Below are positions 38,704 to 47,948 of a stretch of 64,000 nucleotides of DNA, one piece after another (the first letter of the stretch is position 1; every line of letters starts with the position of its first letter). The position numbers were made by a program, and so were the translations under genes. The notes under the pieces were generated by a model, which saw only the letters and a program-made list of their open reading frames with translations, ran no database searches and was not told the origin of the DNA. Source of the stretch: Candidatus Magasanikiibacteriota bacterium (GTDB lineage Bacteria > Patescibacteriota > Patescibacteriia > Magasanikbacterales > GWA2-37-8); NCBI GenBank assembly GCA_041678665.1, contig JBAYNU010000002.1:5039-69038 (forward strand), read 5' to 3'.

Positions 38704-40695
38704 CTATTTTAAATATTTAGCTCCCCACCACTTTAAAAAATCTCGCGCAATCGGCATCGCGGCAGTACTACCTTCGGTTCCCTCCTCGACTAAAATAGAA
38801 ACAACGATACGTGGATTGTCATAAGGGGCAAAACTGGTAAACCAGGCGTGGGGAGCCTTGTTGTTCACCCACTGAGCGGTGCCGGTCTTGCCGGCGGTGG
38901 TAAAAGGCAAAGTTTTTAAAAGCTGACAGCTACCGGTCAATACACATTCACGCATACCTTGACGCACAACATCCATAGTTGATTGCGAAACTAAATTTTT
39001 CTTTTTAATGGGAAAATTCAATTTATTAATCTGCTTATTCACGGCATTCTGAAAATAATCTGCCAAATGCGGTACAATTATTTTACCGCCATTAGCGAAA
39101 GCCGATGTCCACATAGCCAACTGGATTGGGGTAACCAAAAGTTCGCCCTGACCGATTGACAAATTATAAGTATCTCCTACATACCACGCTTCGTTTTTGG
39201 TTTCTTCTTTCCAAGTGGGTGATGGCACAAAACCATCTTGTTCACCGGGTAAATCTACGCCGGTAATTTGTCCCAAGTTAAACAACAGCAAATATTTAAT
39301 TAACTTCTCCGCGCCCAATCCGACAAAATTACCATAGCCTCCACCAATATAATAAAAGAAAGAATTCACCGACCAAGCAATTGCTTTGGTTACATTAGTA
39401 ATACCGTGACCACCGATTTTCCAATCCCTGAATGTCCATTTACCTACTTGGATACTGCCTACACTATTAATTGCAGTATTTTTTGTAATTATTTTTTCTT
39501 CCAGCGCCGCTGCTGCAATCACCGGCTTAATAGTAGATCCGGACGGATAAGACCCACCAATAACGCGATTAAATAAGGGCTTATTAATATCGTTGAGATA
39601 TTTTTGATAATTTATTTTACTAATGCCTCCAGAAAAATCATTATTATCAAAAGTCGGCAAACTTACTAGCGCCAATACGGCCCCGGTCTCAGGATCTAAT
39701 GCCACTCCGGCCGCCCGTTTTAAGCCAAGTTCACCAAGTCTCTTGCTTATAATTGTCTCAAAAACAGCTTGAGCCTCGGCATCAATGGTCAAGTATAAGT
39801 TTTGACCAGGAATAGGCGGGTCTTCGGCTAACACATTTTGCGCTCGTCCCATTGCATCTACCTCTATTTTTTGACGACCATACTGCCCACGCAATGATTT
39901 TTCGTATTGTTTTTCTAGACCGGTTTTGCCAATGTCATCGGAAGAAAAATAACCATCAGACTGTAACAAGTGTAAATCATTAATATTGAGTTTGCCGACA
40001 TAACCAAGAAGATGCGAAAAACTTAATGCTGTTGAAGTCACGCCAAGTATACCTGAATTGATAAAACCGGTATTAATATAGTTTCTTTTGGTACCACTTT
40101 CAATAGCTACGCCTGGCAAATCGGTGTTCTGTAGGTAGAGTCGCAAAGCAGTGGTGTGATCTAAATTTTCTTTAACTACCAGCGACTCGTAACTGTAAGA
40201 CTGGTACTGCCTCAATAAATCTATAATTTGCTGATAAGACATTCCTACCATAGCGGCTACCTTTTGTAAAACCATCTCCCGCTTATCGGAATCGCTAGGT
40301 AAATCGCGTGGTACAATATTTAAAGAAAAACTAGGCACATTTTGTACTAACTGCCGAGCATGGTTATCGTAAATTATCCCTCGCTCCGCCGAAATCGGAC
40401 GCATTCTAATACGATTACCTTCCGCCAAAATACGGTAATCAGACCCCTTAATCACTTGCAAATAAAATATCCGTCCTAAAATTATACTAACACCAAAAAA
40501 AATAATCAACAAAAATAAATTTATTATTTTTTTACTGATGCTTACCCCTAAATGATTACGCTTAGAAGAAGGCGGCGAAATGCCAAAATTATCTAAATAT
40601 AAAGATTCCTCCACCCACTTTTTAGAGTAGCGGCCTGATAAATCCCCCATCTTCTTTTTATCATCGGTAATGTAAAAAAGTTTTTTGTCGGCCAT
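38704..40695 (-). CDS. mrdA: Penicillin-binding protein 2
   Basis: RGIIYD, GKTGLEK, GSTIK (SxxK), SVN, GKTGTAQ; follows mreBCD. Confidence 0.93.
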   Translation of the reverse strand: MADKKLFYITDDKKKMGDLSGRYSKKWVEESLYLDNFGISPPSSKRNHLGVSISKKIINLFLLIIFFGVSIILGRIFYLQVIKGSDYRILAEGNRIRMRPISAERGIIYDNHARQLVQNVPSFSLNIVPRDLPSDSDKREMVLQKVAAMVGMSYQQIIDLLRQYQSYSYESLVVKENLDHTTALRLYLQNTDLPGVAIESGTKRNYINTGFINSGILGVTSTALSFSHLLGYVGKLNINDLHLLQSDGYFSSDDIGKTGLEKQYEKSLRGQYGRQKIEVDAMGRAQNVLAEDPPIPGQNLYLTIDAEAQAVFETIISKRLGELGLKRAAGVALDPETGAVLALVSLPTFDNNDFSGGISKINYQKYLNDINKPLFNRVIGGSYPSGSTIKPVIAAAALEEKIITKNTAINSVGSIQVGKWTFRDWKIGGHGITNVTKAIAWSVNSFFYYIGGGYGNFVGLGAEKLIKYLLLFNLGQITGVDLPGEQDGFVPSPTWKEETKNEAWYVGDTYNLSIGQGELLVTPIQLAMWTSAFANGGKIIVPHLADYFQNAVNKQINKLNFPIKKKNLVSQSTMDVVRQGMRECVLTGSCQLLKTLPFTTAGKTGTAQWVNNKAPHAWFTSFAPYDNPRIVVSILVEEGTEGSTAAMPIARDFLKWWGAKYLK

Positions 40696-41245
40696 AATGC
40701 TCACCGGGTACTAAATTAATATATTCGGGACGAAACTTTTTTATTAATAATAATGTTATTAAATAACTAATCACTAAAACCGAAGCGGTCAAAACAGACT
40801 CATAAAATAAATTACTTAATAAATTTTGACTTGACCAAATAATACTTGCACTTGCATCACCAAAAATTAACAAACCAACAAAAAATAAAACCCGATACAA
40901 AACAACAGATATCAGACCGGATAAGAAAACAATCAAAGGAGAACGGTTGGTAAACACTGACGACAATACCCAACCGACAATTGCCAAGCTGATTACTAAT
41001 GCACTAATAATAATTCCGAAACTTTCGGCGCTAAAAATTTCTAAAAAAAATGCTACCGGGATCACCAAAAATAATATTTGTAAATCTAAACTAAACATTA
41101 AATACCATAACACCGCAACCACCGCTATGTTGATTGCGCTGAGAGGAAATGGCAAAAAATTAATAACAAAAATTTGAGTTAACACAATAACAGCTACAAA
41201 AAAAATGATTTTAATAAACTGCCATAATCTTTTTAAAAAAATCAT
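40661..41245 (-). CDS. mreD: MreD-like membrane protein
   Basis: About 5 TM; position between mreC and mrdA. Confidence 0.6.
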   Translation of the reverse strand: MIFLKRLWQFIKIIFFVAVIVLTQIFVINFLPFPLSAINIAVVAVLWYLMFSLDLQILFLVIPVAFFLEIFSAESFGIIISALVISLAIVGWVLSSVFTNRSPLIVFLSGLISVVLYRVLFFVGLLIFGDASASIIWSSQNLLSNLFYESVLTASVLVISYLITLLLIKKFRPEYINLVPGEHYGRQKTFLHYR

Positions 41246-41249
41246 AATA

Positions 41250-42041
41250 TTACTTAGCTAAAACACTGACCACGTTTAAACGCGCCAAATCCAAAGCGGG
41301 AGTTAATACTGCTTGCTGAAAAGGTTTATATGCTTCGTTTTCCACCACTGCCACACTGCCAACCAAAAGCCCAAGTGGACACTCCGTTTCTAAGCCGCCA
41401 GTAACGACGGTATCCCCCACAACCACTACCTCATTACGAGGAATAAATTTGAGACGTAAAGATAGCCCATAACCACCCTCTACTATCCCCAGGCTATTTG
41501 ATTTATTTATTATCATGCCTGATATATTAAATTGGCCATCACTTATTAATCTCACCACGGCGATGTCGTTCTCAGTCTTAATAATCTTACCGACTAATAT
41601 ACCTTTACCGGCAATAACCGGCTGATTAACTTTTATCCCGTCATTAGTACCGCCTCTAATTATGATGGTTTTTTCCACCCCATCTAAACTACGCCCCAAA
41701 ACAGCGGTAGTTATCCAACGCTGGGGATTTCCAGCTTTAAAATCAACTTGCTCTTTTAATTGTTTGTTTTCATTTTCTAAATTTTTAACCTGTGCGCTCA
41801 ACAAGACTATCTGCTGTTGATTATTTTCGCACCATGCGGTAGTGGAAGCTGCTTCGCTATTTGAAAAATTAGAATTATTTAAATTAACTTTAAAATCATA
41901 TAAATTAGAAATTATCGGGACAATAAAAGATCTACCAGCATATTCTAAAGGACGCAAAATTCCTAAATAATGAAAACTTATTACTAAAAATAAGAAAAAA
42001 CCTAAATAATAGTAGGTTTTTCGATTACGAGTATATAACAT
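41250..42041 (-). CDS. mreC: Rod shape protein MreC
   Basis: LENENKQLK coiled coil, GILVGKI, GDTVVTGGL...P.GL.VG. Confidence 0.9.
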   Translation of the reverse strand: MLYTRNRKTYYYLGFFLFLVISFHYLGILRPLEYAGRSFIVPIISNLYDFKVNLNNSNFSNSEAASTTAWCENNQQQIVLLSAQVKNLENENKQLKEQVDFKAGNPQRWITTAVLGRSLDGVEKTIIIRGGTNDGIKVNQPVIAGKGILVGKIIKTENDIAVVRLISDGQFNISGMIINKSNSLGIVEGGYGLSLRLKFIPRNEVVVVGDTVVTGGLETECPLGLLVGSVAVVENEAYKPFQQAVLTPALDLARLNVVSVLAK

Positions 42042-42050
42042 AAAACTAAC

Positions 42051-43085
42051 TTAACTAGATAAGACACCTACTTCATCAAGTAAATCTTGGTCATCTAATA
42101 ACGCTCCAGAACCGCGCACCACCGAAGTAAGCGGATCATCGGCAATACGCACTGGGATTTCGGTAGCTCGAGAAATTAACTGATCCATACCCCGCAGTAA
42201 AGCACCGCCACCTGACAACAATAGTCCGCGCTCGTGAATATCGGCCACCAATTCCGGCGGCGCCACTTCCAAGGTGGCTTTAATATTGTCAACAATCGTT
42301 CGTAGCGATTTGATAATTGCTTCACGCACCTGCGCGTCGTTAATCATTATTTCTTTAGGTAACCCGGTTAATAAATCTCGTCCTCGCATTGGATATTCCA
42401 TAGTTTCTGACATTTCAATCGCCGATCCAATGCGAATTTTTATTTCTTCTGCCTGCCGTTCACCTAAAAGCAAATTAAAACTATCACGTGCATACTGCAC
42501 AATATTACGACAAAGTTCATCCCCAGCAACCTTAATTGATTTCCAAGTAACTACCCCTCCTAAAGAAATAATGGCTATCTCGGTTGTGCCACCGCCAATT
42601 TCTACAATAAAGTTGCCCACCGGTTCCTTGACCGGCATGCGACTCCCGATCGCGGCGGCCATTGGTTCTTCTACCACCCACACTTCCCTAGCACCAGCGT
42701 TTTTTACTGCGTCAGCCACTGCTTTACGTTCTACCTCGGTAATTTCAAGCGGAACACCGATAACGGCACGCGGCCGAGATAAAAAATTAAAACTTTCTTC
42801 AAAAACCTTACCAATAAAATAACGAAGCATCTTTTCAGTTACTTCAAAATCAGAAATAATTCCGCTAGTTAAAGGACGAGTGGTAGCAATATGGGGCGGG
42901 GTTTTGCCTAACATATCTTTGGCTTCGTTGCCCACTGCCAAAATTTGTTCAGTGCGCATATTTACCGCCACCACACTAGGTTCATTTATCACAATCCCTC
43001 TACCCTTTACATAAAAAAGAGTATTGGCTGTTCCCAAATCTATAGCTATTTCTTTTCTAAATCTACTGCCAAATTTTTTTAACAT
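42051..43085 (-). CDS. mreB: Actin-like MreB
   Basis: IDLGTANT, EEPMAAAIG, IGGGTTE, GGGALL. Confidence 0.97.
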   Translation of the reverse strand: MLKKFGSRFRKEIAIDLGTANTLFYVKGRGIVINEPSVVAVNMRTEQILAVGNEAKDMLGKTPPHIATTRPLTSGIISDFEVTEKMLRYFIGKVFEESFNFLSRPRAVIGVPLEITEVERKAVADAVKNAGAREVWVVEEPMAAAIGSRMPVKEPVGNFIVEIGGGTTEIAIISLGGVVTWKSIKVAGDELCRNIVQYARDSFNLLLGERQAEEIKIRIGSAIEMSETMEYPMRGRDLLTGLPKEIMINDAQVREAIIKSLRTIVDNIKATLEVAPPELVADIHERGLLLSGGGALLRGMDQLISRATEIPVRIADDPLTSVVRGSGALLDDQDLLDEVGVLSS

Positions 43086-43091
43086 AATACC

Positions 43092-43487
43092 TTAATATTC
43101 TAAATTACTATAACGTCGATTGGTAAAAATAACCGCCTCTAAAATAACAAATAAAACTACTAAAATTATTCCGTTCCACCAAGTTAACAATTTTTCTTGT
43201 AATAAAAACAAGGCAAAAATAATCAAGGTGGTAAAAATAACACTTTGGCGAAAAGTCTTTTTTACATGACGAAAAATAACCTCATCATTTTTTACAATCG
43301 CTCGCCGCACCAAAAATACTATTACCGAAAATGTACCGACTAACGCCAAAAATAAACTCAAATAAAAGAAAGCCAAGCCTAATGTCCCGGCGCTATTGGG
43401 ATCTAAACTCAAAATTACAAATACCCAAGTTCCCCAGCAAATCAAAGTACCTAGCGACATCAAAATTAAATATTGACGGAGGGTCAT
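43092..43487 (-). CDS. Hypothetical 4-TM protein
   Basis: Hydrophobic ORF from ATG 43487, co-oriented upstream of mreB. Confidence 0.7.
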   Translation of the reverse strand: MTLRQYLILMSLGTLICWGTWVFVILSLDPNSAGTLGLAFFYLSLFLALVGTFSVIVFLVRRAIVKNDEVIFRHVKKTFRQSVIFTTLIIFALFLLQEKLLTWWNGIILVVLFVILEAVIFTNRRYSNLEY

Positions 43488-43567
43488 ATGACATTGTTTA
43501 GTAAACTGTATTTTATCCCAAAATACCTTATTTGGCAAGACCATTAAATCACTCTAAATACTTACCG

Positions 43568-46500
43568 CTAAGCCCTAAATTCGCAAATATCCCTAAAATC
43601 ACATCGTCCACAAATAAATTGACTGGGGGTGGCGGCAAAATCACGAGCGTGAATACGCTGGATAGTTTCAAGCATTTTTTCTTGCACTGCGACAATTTCT
43701 TTTTCAGAACCAAAAAATGATATCTGGGAATTTTGGTTGAGATAATAAAAAGTTAATTTACTAACAACACCAATATGATAATATTCTGGAAGCGTTTTTA
43801 CAGCCAACTGGTAAATTAATAGCTGATTTTTGTCGTCGCTCGATAATTTTTCTTTACCTTTGCCGGTTTTGTAATCCACGATATGCAATGAGCCATCGGG
43901 TAATTGATCAATACGATCAATGCGACCGCTTACCGTGAACCCGCCAATTTTTATACGAAATGACCCTTCAAGTGTAACCGGAACTGTCCAGCCATTTTTT
44001 TCATTTTCTTCATAAAATTTTTTGAGCACTTCTTTGCCTTCGGTATAATAAGTGTCACGCTGACCCTTGCTTTCGTACCAATCATCAATCCAGTGTTGAT
44101 CGTAAATTTCCAACAATTCTTTAATTTCGGGTATTTTTAGGTTACCGGATTTTTTTAAGATCGTAATCGAACTGAACAATGAATCTTGGGTGGCGCTATT
44201 TAAAACGCGCGCGCGTTCATAAAATGCCTGTAAGGTTCCATGCATGCTTTGGCCAAAACTGAAATTAGCATTACCTTTGGTGGGTATGCCGACAACATTG
44301 GCCAGCTTGTATTGATACGGACAGGTAGAATATGAATTAAGCTGTGAATAAGAAAATCGTTCGGGGAGATGATAAATTGAATCAGAACGAACTTGATCAT
44401 TGTCATTCTGAGCGGAGCGAAGCGAAGTCGAAGAATCCTTTAAACTTTGCAATCGAAGGGATTCCTCCGCTCGCCCTGCGGGCTCGGTCGGAATGACAAA
44501 TTCACTTACTCCTTTTTCCTTGCTCCTTAATCCTTTCGCCTCGTATCCGAGCTCGCTCAAAAACCGACTGTTTTTTTTCTGTCGACTGCCACCATAATCA
44601 TCAGCACTGGTTAGATATAACTTTTCCTTAGCGCGGGTCATCGCCACATAAAACAACCTTCGTTCTTCTTCGATATGCTCGTCGCCTTCCGGTAATTGCT
44701 CTTTGATTAATTCAAAAGGAATTTCAATCGCTTCGGATCTCGCGCGCGATGGAAAACGTTCTTCCACCAAATTTACTACAAACACGTATTTAAATTCCAA
44801 ACCCTTGGAGCCATGAATAGTTAAAATATTCACCGAGTCAGGGGTATCCACCATTTGATGTAATGATCCCTTGTCGCCTGAATCCACAATGTAATTAAAA
44901 TGTTCCAAAAATCCAGATACGGTCGCGCCGGCTTCGGCGGTTTCATAAGCCGAAATATATTCCAAAAATTGCTTAAGCTGGTGAATTTGTCGAATGGCGC
45001 CGCGATTACCTGCTTCTTCTTGTTTTATTAAATAACTAAAATATCCACTTTCTTCCAACCACTCCACCAAAAGCGTGGTTGGTTTGCTATTACCAACCTT
45101 GGTTTGTCCAGTTTTAATCCAAGAAGTAATTTTTTGAGCAAGTTCAAATCCAGCAACGGATAAATATAATTCCGAAGCGCGCCTAAGCGACTCGAAATAG
45201 GAAACAGATTTCTTTTTGGCAAAAGAAGTTATTTTTTGGATATCCTCGGCTGGAAATTGTAAAAACGACAAATTTAACAAACGGAATATCGCGGTTGATT
45301 CGTGGTGATTATCTAATAATTTAAGAAAGTTGATACAGTCCAAAACAATGGGCTGACGATAAAGCCCGGCTGAAGCGATAAATTCGTATGGTATCCCCTG
45401 TTTTTCCAAAGCATTAATAAACGGATCGGCATGCGCGTTGGCTCTCACCAAAATGGCAAAATCATCCCAGGTCGCGCTTTCGTTGATGGTTCTGAGCCGC
45501 GCGATTTCGTCAACCACGCTTTTTACTTCTTCATCCAGTGTGGTAGAGTGAATGTGACAGACGCTCGCCGTTCGCGCGTTGTCATTCTGAGGCGTAGTCG
45601 AAGAATCCCTTCTACTTCGAACGTTAAAGGATCCTTCGCTTCGCTCAGGATGACAATTTGCGGTGAGTCGCTTATTTATTTTGAGCTTCACCTCCAACCG
45701 ATCCGGATTATTATTCTGAATAGATTTATATGCCAAATCCAAAATTTCCTGGCAAGAACGATAATTTTCATTAAGAACAATTTCTTTGGCCTGCGAATAG
45801 TCTTCTTTAAACCGTAAAATATTATTCACGCTGGCACCGCGAAAAGCATAGATTGACTGGTCATCGTCGCCAACGACGGTAAGCTGGTTTTCTTCGCCTG
45901 CAATCATTTGTACCAACTGGTATTGCGCCCAGTTCACATCCTGAAATTCATCCACCAAAATATATTTATAACGCTCGCGTAATAATTTCAAAATATTCGG
46001 TCGTTCACGCAATAATTTTATGGTGTAAAAAATCAAATCGCCAAAATCAAGCGCGCTGTTATCAAGAAGTAATTGATTATACGCGTGATAGGCGTTGGCG
46101 ATTTCGGAAAGGCGTTTAAAATCGACGGCGGCATTACTGTCATTCCCGTGAAAACGGGAATCCGCGACTTCTGGGGCAGATCCCCGCTTTCGCCTGCCTG
46201 CCGGCAGGCATGGCGGGGATGACAATGTAGAATCGCTGTCCAACTTCATCCCTTCCGCATACTCCAAATATTCTTGCGGTGTAATAAGTTCATCTTTACA
46301 TTTAGAAAAATGTTTTAAGAGTTCGTGAATATGCTTGGCTGGGTTTCCCAAAGGTCGATAATAATCCAAATCAAATTTATCTAAATTGCGCCGCACCAAA
46401 AGCCAAGCGTCGGTTTCGGTAAGTAATTTAAATTGATTAGGTAGACCAATGTCCAATCCATGATTTTCCAAAATCCGCTGGCAAAAAGCATGGAAGGTGG

Positions 46501-46750
46501 AAATTTGCATATCCACATATCCGAGCTCAAGCATTTCATCCACGCGCGTTTGCATTTCTCCGGCTGCCTTTTCCGTAAAAGTCAACGCCAAAATTTGCTC
46601 GGGAGTAGCGAGTTTATTTTCTATTAAATGTGTAATTTTTTGCGTAATTACCGTGGTCTTACCGGTACCGGCGCCCGCCACAATCAAAAGCGGGCCGGAG
46701 GCATATTCCACGGCCTGTTTTTGCGCGGGGTTGAGAGGGTATTTTGGCAT
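43568..46750 (-). CDS. UvrD/PcrA-like SF1 helicase fused to a PD-(D/E)XK nuclease (AdnA/B-like)
   Basis: AGAGTGKT, DEFQD, GDDDQSIY, GLEF, EERRLFYVAMTRA; GRIDRID, IVDYKTG, C-terminal Cys cluster. Confidence 0.92.
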   Translation of the reverse strand: MPKYPLNPAQKQAVEYASGPLLIVAGAGTGKTTVITQKITHLIENKLATPEQILALTFTEKAAGEMQTRVDEMLELGYVDMQISTFHAFCQRILENHGLDIGLPNQFKLLTETDAWLLVRRNLDKFDLDYYRPLGNPAKHIHELLKHFSKCKDELITPQEYLEYAEGMKLDSDSTLSSPPCLPAGRRKRGSAPEVADSRFHGNDSNAAVDFKRLSEIANAYHAYNQLLLDNSALDFGDLIFYTIKLLRERPNILKLLRERYKYILVDEFQDVNWAQYQLVQMIAGEENQLTVVGDDDQSIYAFRGASVNNILRFKEDYSQAKEIVLNENYRSCQEILDLAYKSIQNNNPDRLEVKLKINKRLTANCHPERSEGSFNVRSRRDSSTTPQNDNARTASVCHIHSTTLDEEVKSVVDEIARLRTINESATWDDFAILVRANAHADPFINALEKQGIPYEFIASAGLYRQPIVLDCINFLKLLDNHHESTAIFRLLNLSFLQFPAEDIQKITSFAKKKSVSYFESLRRASELYLSVAGFELAQKITSWIKTGQTKVGNSKPTTLLVEWLEESGYFSYLIKQEEAGNRGAIRQIHQLKQFLEYISAYETAEAGATVSGFLEHFNYIVDSGDKGSLHQMVDTPDSVNILTIHGSKGLEFKYVFVVNLVEERFPSRARSEAIEIPFELIKEQLPEGDEHIEEERRLFYVAMTRAKEKLYLTSADDYGGSRQKKNSRFLSELGYEAKGLRSKEKGVSEFVIPTEPAGRAEESLRLQSLKDSSTSLRSAQNDNDQVRSDSIYHLPERFSYSQLNSYSTCPYQYKLANVVGIPTKGNANFSFGQSMHGTLQAFYERARVLNSATQDSLFSSITILKKSGNLKIPEIKELLEIYDQHWIDDWYESKGQRDTYYTEGKEVLKKFYEENEKNGWTVPVTLEGSFRIKIGGFTVSGRIDRIDQLPDGSLHIVDYKTGKGKEKLSSDDKNQLLIYQLAVKTLPEYYHIGVVSKLTFYYLNQNSQISFFGSEKEIVAVQEKMLETIQRIHARDFAATPSQFICGRCDFRDICEFRA
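44400..44499. repeat. TGTCAT...ATGACA element in frame in the helicase-nuclease linker
   Basis: ttgtcattctgagc...gaagaatcc...ggattcctc...cggaatgacaa. Confidence 0.85.
44505..44535. repeat. Heptamer array (CTTACTC family) inside the helicase
   Basis: cttactc ctttttc cttgctc cttaatc ctt = KGLRSKEKGVS. Confidence 0.75.
45579..45656. repeat. TGTCAT...ATGACA element in frame in the helicase (78 bp)
   Basis: Left 29 nt are the exact reverse complement of 57773-57801; encodes CHPERSEGSFNVRSRRDSSTTPQND. Confidence 0.9.
46138..46224. repeat. TGTCAT...ATGACA element with dRS3-like hairpin and nested insert, in frame in the helicase (87 bp)
   Basis: attccc-N8-gggaat at 46142-46161; cctgcctgccggcagg inside the right hairpin. 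Confidence 0.88.
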
Positions 46751-46892
46751 AATCATTACCTATCATTCCGATGAAAATCGGGATCTTTTACTATCGTATT
46801 TTACCCTACTTTCCGCTCATTGACAAGAAAACATTTTTATGCTAAAACAATACTATGTTTTCTAATCCAAACATCCAAGCAAGGAGAGAAAA

Positions 46893-47183
46893 ATGAAACA
46901 CAACGAAAGAGTCATCAATGCCGTGGTAATAGGGGCATTGATACTGGTATTCCTCCTGTGGTGGGGGCTAGCCAATGACTACGCGTCTTTTAAAAAGATG
47001 TGCGCGTTGTCAGAAGAAGCAGCTTGTCGTGAGGCAGGTTATGCTCCGCCCATCGTATGGAGCATGAATGAGAAAGCGCTCTTTTGCCATGACGACAAAG
47101 GGCTAAAACACCAAATAAAGATTCCAGCCTGCAACTGCAAGTTGGACCCTGGAGCGAAAGAATGCCGCTTCTTGAAAAAGTAA
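46893..47183 (+). CDS. Small membrane-anchored Cys-rich hypothetical protein
   Basis: TTGACA 46820, AAGGAG SD, N-terminal TM, 6 Cys. Confidence 0.65.
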   Translation: MKHNERVINAVVIGALILVFLLWWGLANDYASFKKMCALSEEAACREAGYAPPIVWSMNEKALFCHDDKGLKHQIKIPACNCKLDPGAKECRFLKK

Positions 47184-47235
47184 AACAGACCGTGCAATCA
47201 GGGAGGATTGCACGGTCTCTATTTTTATATGATGG
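47183..47235 (+). terminator. Terminator, copy 1 of a 53/54-bp direct repeat
   Basis: agaccgtgcaatc-agggag-gattgcacggtct plus T-rich tail. Confidence 0.8.
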
Positions 47236-47303
47236 ATCCTTTGTTTTACAATTTCTGACAATCAATATATAATATACTAAGCTCAAAATCATAGGAGGAA
47301 ATC

Positions 47304-47636
47304 ATGAAAAAATATAAATGGGCAGTAGTATATTTATTTTTGGTCTTGCTCTTTTGGCAACTCGGCAATTTATTAAATGCCCACACCGAAAAGCTCAAAG
47401 CAGGTTTCATACTTTCGCAAGAAGCTTTATCGCTCTATTGCTATCATCGCTTCGGCGATGAAAGTGAAAAAGTAATGATAACAATAGGCGACACACAGCT
47501 GGAAAAAAAAGATTATACGATGTGTTTTGTCCCGCGAGAAGGGGCTCTCTACTTTATTGTGAGCCTAAATCAATGTACGAACACGCAGGACTATGACGAC
47601 TGCATGTTCCTCACCGGGGCGGCGGAAGAATTTTGA
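47304..47636 (+). CDS. Small membrane-anchored Cys-containing hypothetical protein
   Basis: TTTACA-17-TATAAT (47245-47273), AGGAGG SD, N-terminal TM, 4 Cys. Confidence 0.65.
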   Translation: MKKYKWAVVYLFLVLLFWQLGNLLNAHTEKLKAGFILSQEALSLYCYHRFGDESEKVMITIGDTQLEKKDYTMCFVPREGALYFIVSLNQCTNTQDYDDCMFLTGAAEEF

Positions 47637-47646
47637 GCATAGCTTC

Positions 47647-47700
47647 AAACAGACCGTGCAATCAGGGAGGATTGCACGGTCTCTATTTTTTATATGATGG
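47647..47700 (+). terminator. Terminator, copy 2 of the direct repeat
   Basis: Identical to 47183-47235 except for one extra T. Confidence 0.8.
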
Positions 47701-47714
47701 GTCATCTTCTCAAT

Positions 47715-47796
47715 TGTCATTCTGAGGAAGTGAAACGACCGAAGAATCCCTTAAATCACAAAGTCAAAGAGATCCTTCGCTTCGCTCAGGATGACA
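47715..47796. repeat. Intergenic TGTCAT...ATGACA element
   Basis: tgtcattctgagg...gaagaatccc...gatccttcgcttcgctcaggatgaca. Confidence 0.88.
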
Positions 47797-47842
47797 GACG
47801 GAGATGTCTCATATTATTTCGAAGTGGCATTTGTCATTCACT

Positions 47843-47874
47843 CCTAAAAGCTATCAGCTACAAGCTGTAAGCTA
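47843..47874 (+). repeat. Intergenic heptamer array (AGCTA family)
   Basis: cctaaaa gctatca gctacaa gctgtaa gcta. Confidence 0.75.
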
Positions 47875-47948
47875 CTGGATAAGGGCTTCGCCACATATAA
47901 ACATCGCTCGCTCAAAAATAAAAATAAATTTTTATTTTACTCACTCGC

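Noticed and set aside
43540-43600. Apparent 9-nt periodicity at the end of the helicase gene
   Set aside because: Register is inconsistent and it overlaps the conserved C-terminal Cys motif.
47183-47700. Direct repeats as a CRISPR array or attC sites
   Set aside because: Only two copies about 460 bp apart, shaped like terminators; no cas genes and no attC R-box ends.
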